Shown here one piece after another: positions 51,349-64,000 of a stretch of 64,000 nt of DNA; the first letter of the stretch is position 1, and every line of letters begins with the position of its first letter. The notes below the pieces were generated by a model. It did not search any database. It saw only the letters and a list, made by a program, of their open reading frames with translations, and had not been told where the DNA came from. The stretch comes from Yuukianura sp. NJ FZ-2021 (Eukaryota), in contig CM102286.1 of the NCBI GenBank assembly GCA_046563655.1, positions 10,912,001-10,976,000 on the forward strand, in the 5' to 3' direction. Made by a program: the position numbers and the translations under genes.

Positions 51349-54300
51349 ATGGGATACGCTGCTGTTCGTAGAGTGCTTATATTTTTGGCCGTGTGGCTTT
51401 CCGCTTCGGCTTATGCAGCAGATATTGGTTTGGTAAGCAATCCATTCTTGTGCCAATTCTTTAATTGATAAGTCAAAGCACTGAAAATCATGCGCAGTTT
51501 CTAACTTCCTTTTTTAAAGATTGGCGGATCAGACGCAGAATCGGAGAGCTATATTGTTATTGCTCCTAAGAATATTTTGCCAGCATCCAACTATACGATT
51601 TTCGTGAGCGCCAACCCGCTTCAACCCGCAGACGCTGTTTGCCACCTTTACGTAGAAGTCCAGTGTCACTTGATTCGCGCCGGCGCAGACGCAAACGCAA
51701 GGCTCTTTACGCAGTCGCTAGGCAACTTCACCCTGAGATCGACCGATTCTCAAAGAGCTACTGGATTTATCCCTCGATTCATCGTTTCTGAAAACTACAA
51801 CCATTGTTTCCTTATCTTGAAAAACAAAGAAAATGGAGAAGAATTTGAGCGACGTGACCTTGTACTGTCTTCTACACAAAACAACATTGCAGGGTCAAAG
51901 GTTCTTATTCAGCTGAACAAACCGGCATACAAACCACTGGATATCGTACGCATCCGAATTATTGTGCTCAACAAATACAATCTTCCTGACATGGATCCTC
52001 AAAATATCAAAGTAAAAAGGAAAATTTCAATACATAAAGTAATATTCCAAGTTATTAGGTTGATTAATTCACTGACATGTCGTTGGAATTATTAAGGTGA
52101 CATTTAGTGACCCCAATGGCGTCAACATGAAACGGTGGCCCAACAACCGTGACAACATTACCATGGATCAGAACGGACTCATAAATCTCGACCTCCCATT
52201 AGCCGACGAGCTTGTCTACGGTAAAAAAGAATTTTTTTTTAAGAAAATTTTTAAATTTTCAAATCATCACAAAACTAATGTGATGATTTCGATGCTTTAA
52301 AACAGGAACGTGGAAAATAGACGTTAGTGCCAACGGTCAGAATGTAACCAAGGATTTTTTGATTGAACGCTACGTCCTACCCAAATTCTTCCTGAAATTT
52401 GTTGTTGGTCCAAAGCCGTACATTACCAAAGACACGACAACAATTACCGTTGATGTCCACGCCATGTACACGTACAAGAGGGCATTGAATGGACGTGTAA
52501 AACTAACGCTCCTGAATCCGAAAAGTCCAAATACAAACACTACAAGAACCGTTGAACTAAATAATGGACAAGGCGCTTTTACGTTTCATCCGGTCAACGA
52601 CCTCGGGAGAAACCTGGTAACAGAGGGGGTTGAATTGCAACTCCACGCTAACGTGTCGGAAGCCCGAACTGGTCGATCCCAAACGACAATTCATCCAATC
52701 CCGGTATTTGCTGGTGATCCATTCAGAATTACTTGGCTCAACCCAGCTAGATTTTACAAACCGGGGATTCCAGTTGACATTCAAGTCGCAATTTCCAACT
52801 ACGACAACATGCCCGTCGTTGACTCTGCGGCAGACGCCATCAAACTGATTTCCAAGGTCACTGCAGGCACAACTCTACAAAGAACAAGTTTGCCAATTTT
52901 GTTAAATGGAATCGTAACGTTTCGACTCCGGTTGCCTCCTGCAGGTCAAACTTTCGAGTCCATCAAAGTCCATTACAAAAATATAATACTGAATATTCCT
53001 CCTCCGCAACAAGTGCTATCAGATCAACCAACGGATATTTACCTACATCCGACCCTGGAGGCGAAACCGGAGGAATTGCAAAGAGGAAGCAGCATTCGTG
53101 TCAAAATTGAATCTACGAAAAAAATTTCAAATCCAAAGGTCAACTACATTCTGTGGAGCGGGCGTGAAATTGTGGGATTCCGTACTGGACTGGCACTAGA
53201 GAATGGTGGAATCAGCGTATATCTTCCAAGTGACGAGACTTATGCACAACTGAAACTCATCGTATATGTTCATTTGGACACTGGAAAGGATTCCGAAAAG
53301 TAAGTTTCAATTCATACGTTAGAACTTGGAACGATTCGTTTGCATTTTGAAAAAAGAAATATTTTGTTAGAATGCGAAGTTAATTGTGTAAATTGATTTC
53401 AGAATTATTTCTGGCACCCTTCGAATTCCCACCAATAATTACTTGAAAATGCGTCTTGGAGCTACCACGGTAGAACCCGGTACGAATCAATCAATTACTT
53501 TCGAGACACATCCTGAGTCCACAATCGCCATTCGTGGAGTGGACCAGTCTCTTCAACTTTTGTCCCGTGACAAGGGTGTCAATGATATCTCTCCAGCGGA
53601 TGTACCTTTCAATCCGTTTTACCACACTTACCGTGAAGACGGTTCTTCCAGAACCACCGCTGATTCGTACTCTGATTTTGAAGAATCAGACCTTCTCCTT
53701 CTCACGAACTCAAATCAAACGCAAGGAAGATCCAGAAGACACGTTTCGTTCCAGCGGGCATCAAGATCACTTCCCATAGCTGCTGGATATCGACCTACTT
53801 TGTCCGACTACACTCACTACGATGGACCGATACGAACAAGATCACATTTTCCTGAGGCGTGGCTATGGGAACAAATGTTGGCATCGGACTTTACAACGGA
53901 ACACTCCAAGAGAATTCCAGTAGTTCCGGACACAATAACATCTTGGTATGTTACTGCCCTGTCACTCAACGCCAGAAGTGGATTGGCAGTGACTCAGGCA
54001 CCGTCACTGCTCACCGTCTTTAGACCATTCTTCATCACCCTGAACTTGCCATATTCCGTTCCCCAGGGAGAGCAATTCGAACTCCAAGTTCTGATTCACA
54101 ATTATCTTGAGAACCCAGTTCTAACTCGTGTCACCTTCTTCAACGATCAGAGCAACATTCGGTTTATTGATTCCAGGTGAGTTAAACTGTTCCTATTTCC
54201 CTGTAAAAAATATAAGTTGTATTCAGAAATGCATTTATTCTAATGTATTTGATATATTTTACTAGGGAGAGGGCCATGGAAAATGTATCGAGGCTCGTTA

Positions 54301-56695
54301 CTGTCGAGAGGGCGACCGTCGGAACCGTGAGGTAAATGTTGCTTTTTGAGTGTCTTTCACAAGGTTGGTAAACAAAAAAAAACTTTTTCTACACCAGGTG
54401 GTACAATAACTGATGAAAGTTTTAAAATTTGTCTGAAACAAAAATCTGTATTTCTATCGTAATTTTTGCATTTAATGTGAATGGGATTTGTGCACAGTAA
54501 GATTTTTGGAAACCCTGAGGTATTGGACAACCTGTTGTAGGAAATACAATTTGTTGTATTTCGGTTGTCAAGGAACCTTGGTCTTTCATTTCCACGCCTT
54601 CGGGAAATGATATCCTTATCACCTTATCCTAATATAGACTGCTCGTGTAAAGTTATGCAATAAATTCAAATTTACAAATTCTATTATATTTGCAGCTTTG
54701 TCATAATGCCAATTGTCGCTGGTGACATTCCACTTCATCTGGAAGCAGTAGCGGACGTTGCAGGGGACGCCATTATTCAAACCATGCGTGTCGAAATTCC
54801 TGGAGTTAGAAATTGGAACCTGGTCAAGACACAGCTCTATGACGGCCTTACAACAACGCACACAGAGAAGTACACCATTCAGCGAAAACGAACCAAACGA
54901 GGCATCCAACACAAGTTGACGTTATCTGGAAATCCTGTGGCAGACAGCACGGCAATCCTTGATGGCCAGCACAACGTGTCCGGTATGGTCATTCTTCCAA
55001 CCGGTTGTGGAGAGCAGAATATGCGAGGATTTGCTCGGAACATAATGGCACTCGAGTGGTTACGAGCTAACCACATAGATGATCCAGTACTGGAAAGCAA
55101 AGCAAAGAGGCATTTGGAAACGGGCTATCAGAAGCAAATAACTTTCCGTCAAGTGAATGACGGGTCGTTCCGCTACTATCCAAGCGCCAACCAAGACGCA
55201 ACTTGGCTCACAGCCTACGTTCTACGATGTCTCACTGCAGCAAGAAAGTACATCACCATTGACGACAATGTCATACTCAACGGTCTTCAGTTTCTTCTTA
55301 AACAGCAGAATGCCGTTACAGGTCAATTCGCCGGCACAGGCGCACCAACGCAGTACGGAGCACAGCTACAAGGCATGCGCAGTTCAACATCAATAAGCTA
55401 TGGGCTCACAGCCTACGTAACACTCGCAATCATCGAAATTACGGCCGAGATGTCTAGTCAGTTGAGTCGGACAGACAAGATTCGGTATGATGCTGCGAAA
55501 AATAAGGGCCTCACGTACATTTCCTCTGAAAGCAGTCTTATGGATACGGATCTCTACAACCTCATACTCGTGACGACTACGTTAGCAGCAGCCAATCACC
55601 CCAGTCGCAAAACGTTTTTTGACAAAATGGTACGAGCAGGGAAAACTAAGCCAGACAAAAACGTCAAATGGTGGGAAATGGCTCCAGAACAGACTCCGAG
55701 TGCTCTTACGATAGAAATGACTGCGTATGCTCTCTTAGCTCATTTATGGATGAACCAAGAAACGGCCAGTGACAGTACACCGATCGTCCTTTGGCTTCTG
55801 GAACAGAAAAAGGAGAATGGAGGATTTCTTACGACGCAGGATACCGTGGTGGCTTTTAACGCACTTTCTAAATATGCCCAAAGAACAGTTTCTGGAAGCT
55901 ATCAGAGTGATGCAGTAACCATCGACGTGTTGAACAAAGACGATCTTCTAAAAAGAGTCGTTCTCAATAGAACAACGCGAGATGCTCCACTAGAATTTGT
56001 ACTTCCAGCATTTTTAGAAGACAACGAATTCACCATTAACGTAACAGGAAAGGGCAAGGCTTATATTCAGTACGCCGAATTGTTCCACAACGAAAGGATT
56101 GCCAACACAACAAACTTCTACGACATAACTGGCATGGTACAGTTTTTAAATATATTAACATTAATCAGTTTAACTTACTAATTGATTATACAGAATTCCA
56201 GAAATGACACGAAATGTAAATTTACATAAAATATTTTGTGTTTTCCAGTTGACAAAGGTCAACGACTCTAACAAAGACGACGTCTTTGATTTTGAGCTCT
56301 GTCTGCAACTACGCAATCGCTCATTCGATGCAAGCCAACAAGTCATTGCAGAAATTAAGCTACCGACTGGATTTCAATTCGAGCGGGAAATTCTCGACCT
56401 CGTAACTCCCATCAAGTACAGAAAAAATAACACCGTTGAGAAAATTGAACTCCAGGGCAAGGGAACGAAAGCAGTTATTTACTATACACATTTGAATTTT
56501 CCGAAACAATGTCTCCAATTGCCAGTCCATATCTACATTAAGTCAACAACTCGCTACACTGGAACAGTTCGTGTAACAGATTACTACAATCCTCAAGTCA
56601 CGGACACATCTACAATATTTCCAGACAGAACAATGACAGTGTGCGATATCTGTCTCGTTAGTGGAGGATGCGATGTCATTTCAGGGTGTATTTAA
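51349..56695 (+). CDS. Thioester-containing protein (TEP / CD109 / alpha-2-macroglobulin family), multi-exon
   Basis: Signal peptide MGYAAVRRVLIFLAVWLSASAYA, IQLNKPAYKP, RYVLPKF, VDQSL, RSHFPEAWLW, VPDTITSW, FRPFFITLNLPYSV, thioester GCGEQ (55003-55017), WLTAYV, IEMTAYALL, GGFLTTQDTVVA and a receptor-binding domain with DYYNP. Confidence 0.95.
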
Positions 56696-56807
56696 ACTTT
56701 ACAATGACAATTAAATATTTCTCTTCAAGCATTTAGTCTATCGCTTATAAATAAATACATAGCACATACTATTATGCTCAAGGTTTCTTAAATTTGATTA
56801 TTTTTAA

Positions 56808-56968
56808 CAGGTTGGGTAATACCTCAATGTTTTTACAAGAAAAAGTGTCTTTTCATTTCAGAGCATCGTAGTCATAACGACAAAGTCGAATCTTATACGT
56901 TTTGCATACGAATTGGTACTAACTTTTTTCATTTTTTTTTGTCAACAAGCGAGGTAGTACTCAACCTG
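56808..56968. mobile_element. 161-bp TTAA-flanked MITE
   Basis: TIRs CAGGTTGGGTAATACCTC / GAGGTAGTACTCAACCTG (16/18 match) with TTAA on both sides. Superfamily uncertain. Confidence 0.7.
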
Positions 56969-57012
56969 TTAAAGAAAATCAACTCTTCGTTGTCAAGGAA
57001 GCTTGCTTATGC

Positions 57013-58927
57013 TTATGAGTCGTCAGCTGCCTTCTTTTTCGGAGCTATGCGACCTTTGCCTCCGTGCATTTTCGACATCATGTGTTGATTTAGGTAGTCC
57101 TTGAGCTTGAATACTTTCCCGCATAAAGCACACTCGTGACATTCTTTGGCGTAGAACCCTGTGGTAGGCCTCACTCCATGCTTAGCAGCCAAATGTCGTC
57201 GTAGTGACATGGCTTCGAAGAAACTGTCGCCGCAGTAGTTACACAGTTCGGATTTTACACCAGAATGTTTTAGAACGTGACTCCGTAGACTTTTCCTACT
57301 CATGAACATCTTGTTGCAAACATTACACTCAAAACTTTTCTGTCTAGTCTTATCGTGCGTCGTTATATGCTTCTTTAATTCACTCTTGCTTGCGAATGCT
57401 TTACCACAAATTTCACAAATGACGTCCCGGATGCCCTCGTGTACTGTTTTAATATGAACTTGCAATGTCCTCTTGTCACATAACCACTTCCCGCAAAACT
57501 CACAAGGACAACGCTCATCTTCGCTCGCATGACGCTTTTGGCGATGAATGTCGAGGTAATTCTTGGTTGGAAACCTTCTCCCGCAACCCTCCACTTCACA
57601 TTGAAACGGTTTCTCTGTACCGTGAACTGTAACTTGATGCAATCTGAGACGGCTTTTCGTTTCAAAAGTTTTGTCGCAAACAGAACAACAACGACCTACC
57701 AGGTCTTTAGCGGTTAACCCCTGACCATGCTTGTATTTCAAATGCCACCGATACCTCGCGCGTCGGGGATAAATTTTTCCACACACTTCGCATTTAAAAG
57801 TTGGTTTTTCATCGTGAACAGATATCATGTGTCGCCTGAATTTCTCTTCTGAAGTAAACGAAGTTTCACACTTGTGTGGGCAAACCAACGGTTCTGCTGT
57901 CATGTTTGGTTGATGAGAATTTTGTGCAGATTCCTCAGACGGGTCCTCGATAGTTAAAGAACAGGCACTTGGAGATTGGCAAACGGTGCTATCCTGAACG
58001 TTCCTCTCCGTTGTTTCGTCAATAAAGTTTGTAATGGCTGATGTTGAATCGGTTGAGATTCGAATAGAAGTAGGCGCCTTCTTAATTTTCCGAACATTAT
58101 TTTGTTTCATACCTGAATAAAGTGATTCAGATTGTTTTAGATTCACTAGTTTAACGCTTCCCTTGTATGATTGAAGATAAAGTATAAGTATAACCTTTTA
58201 ATTTGATTATTCTCGTTTTTCGTGTTGCACGACGCAGTAGTACTTCGCCTCCGGGTAATAATGGGTCTGATAGAGGATCAAGTTCAATGGAGAAAGGCGC
58301 ATCTTCTTCTTTAATTATAGGAAAGTTGACTTCAACCTCAGCAGACTCCAACTTCACGTGTACTGGAGGTAAGTCTTGGAAAGGATCATCTGAATGCGTT
58401 ACAAAGGACGACCAGAGAATGGAAGTCTCCAGAAGCGTCTGGACATAAGACCCCTCAACGGTTAGAGTCATAAATTTTTTGTAAGCCGTATTCAATGTGG
58501 TTAGCGCCGACAAGCATTGGAAACACATCAGCAATCGACAATCGGGTGGCACCAGCTTCTAAAAAAATACAAAACCGCTTTTAACAAAATGAAAAATCCA
58601 TTTGTTTCATTTGTGAAATCGCTGAAAACTGAAGCTTACTTTATGTAACTTGAGACTTGCTTCAAATACTGTTGAAATTGCATCCGAAATCGAAACATCT
58701 TGGATACTTTCCTGTTGTCCGGCGCATGCCTCTTCACTTTCGGAGTTACGAACCAAAAATATACTGCAATGGTCGCCGCCACTGATGTTCCCATTTTCAT
58801 TAGGCAGTGCAGTCAAGACCCTTCTGCAGTTAGCACAAGGCATTGCGTTGGTAGAATTTATTTCCTGGTTACGAGTGCGATCCAGGAGTGTCGTAGTACT
58901 GTTATTGTTCGCATCTGTGATCAGCAC
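57013..58927 (-). CDS. C2H2 zinc-finger protein with N-terminal ZAD-like C4 domain (copy 1)
   Basis: About 9 C2H2 fingers in the last exon. CANC and CFQC pairs lie in the two preceding exons. The 5' end is uncertain. Confidence 0.88.
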
Positions 58928-59603
58928 GACAGTTCATTTCCTCTATCTAAACAAACTAAGAGAAGTTTAGAAAAATCATTCTCGCACTAAACATTTGAGT
59001 TTCATTTGACCCAAGTGAATCAATACCTGCCCAGGTCCACCAACACCAAAGTAAATTGTCAGCAGCTATAATTACGAGATGTACAGGAGAATAGAGATTT
59101 TGAAAAATCGATAACTTCAGCGTTCACCCTTTTGCCTTATTATGTAAATTAGGTAATTACAGAAAGCTGGTGAGTTTCACCAACAATAGAAAAATAAATT
59201 ATTTTACCGCCCTAAAATTGGTGAACGAGAGACGGAATTGGAGTTATTGTAACCACGAAGTGTAACTGCCGATGTCCTAATTGTAACCACATTGTGCATT
59301 CTTTAGGTGGCTGTAATAAAATAAAGCTAGATCAAATTAAATATCGACAAAGTGTGACCAATGATTGTATTGGAAGGGTGGCAAATGGTGGCAAACAACA
59401 TTTGCGATGCTACGCGCTTCTGTAACTCCAGAGAAGAATGGACTAATTTTCGTTTTATATCTTCGCAGATAACCTTGGCATGGTCTGGTTTGACCGAGAG
59501 TGCACTACTTCGGGTGAAGGATCGAAGGTCAAGTACTATTTTAACGAAAATTGAAAAAATGACCTCCGCAAAAGTTAGATTTGGGTAGGTGCCCTTTGTG
59601 TAT

Positions 59604-59631
59604 ATTTCGCTACTTACTTACGGCGTTTATT
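59604..59631 (-). repeat. Isolated terminus of the same Helentron-like family
   Basis: TTTCGCTACTTACTTACGGCGTTTA is the near reverse complement of TAAACGCCGTACGTAAGTAGCGAAA at 47765-47789. Confidence 0.55.
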
Positions 59632-60258
59632 ACTACTTCACTCCACTGAACGAGTGGATACAAAATTGATGCTACGTGGATGACGCGGTGGTTACAACAA
59701 ATGCAATTTAGGTTTACTCAAGCCTCATACCACTTTTCCAAATGAAGTCTCACTATTTCCCTGAAAACTCGGATGGCGAATTTACAAACTCCAGAATGTC
59801 GTCGGGCATCAACATTTTCGTGTCGGCGACAGATAATAAAATCCAAGACTGAATCAAACCGTTCTCACTTGTCATGCCGCATGTATGGCGAATATCCGGA
59901 ACGCTAGAATCCAACAGTAATCCTACTAAGCTCGTGGAAAAACAAATGCCTTGTGATTTTCAAAAATATGTCTACAGATTCAGTTGAAGTTTCACTTTTC
60001 AGTTGGTATGACCAGTGCATGTTTTAAAATGGTAAAAATTTTGACTTTCAGGACCATTTTTTTTTATTGCCTAACCTGTTGAAGGAAAACTATTTCGGTG
60101 CTATAGGAACCTTGGTTTCATTCATCGAGTTTTCCAAATTAGGTTCTCAAAATATCCAAAAATGAATTTGTAGCAGCAGTAGCTTTATTCAAAGCGGAAA
60201 GTGGGGATTATGTTTGTTAAATTAGAGTCAAACATTTTTGAAAGCGACATGTACAGAA

Positions 60259-61125
60259 CTACTGGGCAGGTGGACCGGCGGGTCCAGGTCGGCCGGGAAT
60301 CCCCGTTAGGCCGATTTCGCCCTTTTGGCCTTTCTGCCCGGCAAATCCGGGAATACCCGCATTACCTCTGTCACCTTTCGGACCGAACATACCCGGCAGA
60401 CCGGGATCACCCTTCAAAAGTTCCCGTGCGTCTAGGATTGCTCCTTTGTGTAAAATTGGAAACTCCGGATAAGTTTTGGGAGCTCGAAGTGCAATTCTCA
60501 TGTCTTGACTCGGATGAGCCAAGGTCTGGAGCACGTTGAACTTCAAAACAAAACAACCTTTTTGAAAAAAAAATTATCCAAAAAGAAGTATTTGTCGTAT
60601 TTTGTACCCATTGCGTAACTGCTTCTAACGACTTGCTAAGTTCAGTCATCTAAAATACGTTTGAATCAAGTTTTTTCACTTTTTTTTTTAAATTTGAAAT
60701 ATGGAATGTATTTTTAAAATTTGAATCTCACATTTTTCACAAATGAATCGTACGCAGCTTTGTTGAAGTCAACCTAACGAAGTGAAGTTTGAAAATTTTT
60801 ATTATTCAATTGCATATTTTTTTTTTTACTTTTTTTTTTAAATTTTTCACCATAGTTTTTTTTACCTGTCCTTCAAGTTGCTCAAAAAGTGATTTGAGAA
60901 GAGTCAAGTCAAGCTTTGTTCCATCCACTTTTGTCACTTCCCCACGCAACCTTTTTAAATTTATCAAAACCTGTTTCTTTTCTTTTAATGTTACAATTTC
61001 TTCAATTTTTTTTTTTTTTGAAATTCAAAATACTCTTACTCATGAGTAGAATACGCCGCAGTAGAGCTCACTGGATTCATTTGAGCTGACAGTACCAATA
61101 CCACTACCGCGGAGAACAATCGCAT
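60259..61125 (-). CDS. Small secreted protein with C-terminal collagen triple-helix (16 Gly-X-Y)
   Basis: Signal exon [15 protein letters not shown], several small helical exons (boundaries uncertain) and a last exon ending [50 protein letters not shown]. Confidence 0.65.
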
Positions 61126-61773
61126 TTCTGTGTTAAAATTTTTGGTTTTCAACTTTTCAAAATTTCAGTTTTTTATTAATGCCACTTCGACCAAGGGTGC
61201 TTGAGTGTGAACTGAACTGTTCAATTCTGAATTGGTTAGCATTTATATGTGTTAATGCTATCAATGAAGTTCAGAATTAACCTCAAGTTGACATTGATCC
61301 GAGTCAAAATTTCTTAGGAAACGGGATGTTTTCCAACAAAAACTAAAAGTAACTTTGAAGAAGTGTTTTTTAAAGATTACTTTTGATTTTTGAAAACTTA
61401 TGAGTCACAGGATGGATACGTTTCCGTTTGATAACGAATTATGTCTTTGGTAAAAATTAAATTCTAATTAAAAATTAGAAATAATAAAAATTATTAATTA
61501 AAAATTAGATTCTCTGTTGAATTTTCAAAAGAACTTTGAAAAGAATTATTCAAGGTTTCAAAAGTTACATTTTTGTTGTTAAAAAAACAAGCTTTTGTCA
61601 ATTGTCATTCCGTATCCGAACTCCGCTTCTCATTGTCAATATATACTAGTCTTATTACGTGCAGGATTACGTTTCATCGTTTCATTTCCAGTCATTATAA
61701 CAATAGGTGTTAATAACAAACTACGAAATCGGTAGTTAACAGTTGATGGAAAGATTCTAGCGACATTGACAGC

Positions 61774-63755
61774 TCAAGCAACAGATTCCCTCCTTTTCTG
61801 TGCAGTGTGCCCTTTACCTCCATGCGTCTTCGACCTTTGGTGTTGTCTGAGGTATTCCTTCAACTTGAACACTTTCCCACATTGCGAACATTCGTGACAT
61901 TCGTTTGCGTCAGGACCAGTCGCAGGCCTGACTCCATGCTTAGCAACCAAGTGCCGTCGGAGGGATACCGTCTGCAGGAAAGTATCGCCGCAGTAGTTGC
62001 ACTGCTTTACACCAGAATGTTGTTGCAAACGATGACCTCGCAAACTCCTCGCACTGATGAACAGCTTGTTGCACACCGTACATTGAAAACATTTTTGTCG
62101 AGACTTGTCATGCGATTCCATGTGTACCACTAGCTCACTTCTGGTTGTGAATGCCTTACCACAAATCTCACAAATAACGTCACGAATCCCGTCATGTACT
62201 GCCTTCACATGCATTCGTAGTTTGTTCTTGTCACGTAACAATTTACCGCATATCTCACAAGGACAACGGTCATTTGCCTTCGTATGCTGGTATAGGCGAT
62301 GAATGTCGAGGTAATTTTTCGTTGGAAACTTTCTTGCGCAACCCTCCACTTCACACTCAAACGGTTTCTCTGTACTGTGAACCGAAATTTGATGCGTTTT
62401 GAGTTGACTCTTAGTTCCAAAAACTTTAGGACAGTCAGGACAACTACGACCTTCAAGGTCATCAGAGGTTAATCCATGACCGTGCTTGTACTTCAAATGT
62501 CTCCGGTATTCCGTGCCTCGTTGATAACTTTTACCGCACTCTTCGCAAGTGAAACTCGGGGTTTCACCGTGTACGGACTTCAAATGTTCCGTGAATCTCG
62601 CTTCTGAAGGAAACGAGGTTTCGCAGTTGTGAGGACAAAGTAATGGCTCTTTCAGTTTGGTTGGTTCTGAGGAATTCTGTGCGGATTCGGCAGAGTGGTG
62701 CTTGACAGTTAAAGAATTGGCACTCGCAGATTCATGGTCCGCACAGTTCTCTTCCAAGTTTAGAGAACGTTTGATATCTTCCTTTGTCCGTCTACGTTCC
62801 AACTCTTTCTTAGCAACATTTTTCTTGACTGATCTTCTGTTATCTTTAGGCGGGATTTGTCTGGAAGTGGTGACATTCTTCCTCAGGTTAACCTTATTTC
62901 GTACCGCACCTGAACAAAGTTATTATATAAATGTTTGGTAAGTGTATTTGGCTTAAGCTTTTTCTAATTGTTAATTCTTCAAGTTTTGTCTTATAATATC
63001 ACCTTTCAATTTGTTTGTTCGCATTTTTCGCCTTGAAAGCCGGAGATGAGCTTCGTCTTCCGACGAGGTATATGATATATGGAGCTGATCCATCACAAAA
63101 GATGAATCCTCTTCCTTAATTACCGGAAAATCGGTGTCATGTTCATCCGTTTCCACCTTCACATTTACTACTGCCGAGTCGTCGTTCAGTAAAGGATCAG
63201 ATTCAAAATCCCGAGTTGCTGCAAATGACGACCATAGAATGGAACTTCTCAACAGCTTCTGGATGTATGAGCCGCCGACAGTCAGCTTCATAAACTTGAT
63301 GTAGGTTGCATTCAAACTAGTTAGCGCGGAGAGGCATTGAAAACACATCAGCAATCGACAATTGGATGGCACTTGCTTCTAAGAAAAAATTGATAAAAAG
63401 AAAAACTATTATTTTGAACAAAAATAAAATTAACTCAGTCGATTAGTGATTCCAGACTTCTTACACTTACTTTATGTAACTTGAGATTTGCCTCAAATAC
63501 GGTTGATATCATGACGGAAATCGGAATATCTCGGATAGGTTCCTCTTGTCCGACGCAGGGCTCATTTTCCGCATTACGTAACAAAAATATACTGCAATCG
63601 TCTCCGCCATTGATGTTTCCATCTTCATTAGGCAGTGCAGTCAAGACCCTTCTGCAATTGGCGCAAGGCATCGCTGTTGTCTGTAATTGATTTTGCCAGA
63701 TTACTGCCCGTGCCCTGCGTATCGCTCAATCCTGGTAAACTGCAATTCGCTTCCC
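61774..63755 (-). CDS. C2H2 zinc-finger protein with N-terminal ZAD-like C4 domain (copy 2)
   Basis: Clear paralog of 57013-58927 with the same exon layout (MPCANCRRVLTALPNE, CRLLMCFQCLSALT, FPTKNYLDIHR, RDVICEICGKAF). The 5' end is uncertain. Confidence 0.88.
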
Positions 63756-64000
63756 CTATAAATTACAGAACAAAAACACATAATAAATGGAAAAATCACT
63801 TTCAAATTAAATAGTTTCATTTTCGTTGATCTGTAACGGACTCCCCTTCAATCCTACACAAGCATAAAACATAAATGACAAGCAAATAGCAATAACATAT
63901 AACTTTCATAAGCAACGATTATCGATTAACTTTACTTTCTAATTATTAGCTTACCGATTTCGCTATATAACTGCGACGCCTAAGTCGTTGTAACGCTTCC

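Overview
AT-rich eukaryotic (arthropod) genomic DNA with short GT-AG introns. The gene set and scattered TTAGG motifs suggest a hexapod, possibly a springtail (inference only). The first ~8 kb is transposon debris: a gypsy gag relic, decayed small ORFs, and a non-LTR reverse transcriptase split by a hAT-type MITE. Host genes follow: a DUF4789-like secreted protein, PAPS transporter SLC35B2, a THIK-type K2P channel, a divergent ionotropic receptor knocked out by a pogo-like insertion, a 57-aa mitoregulin-like micropeptide missed by the ORF track, hnRNP U-like protein and FUT8 (with nested MITEs in one intron). The most unusual part is 38-57 kb. It holds four secreted paralogs resembling lepidopteran 30K lipoproteins (helical plus beta-trefoil), a nearly intronless CYP51/CYP7-like P450 whose ATG appears split by an intron, a Helentron-like element, and a divergently transcribed thioester protein (TEP). 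AGGTCA direct repeats lie upstream of each paralog. The window ends with two paralogous ZAD-like/C2H2 zinc-finger genes flanking a small secreted mini-collagen. All homology calls come from motif recognition by eye; no database searches were run, and exon boundaries are approximate unless stated.
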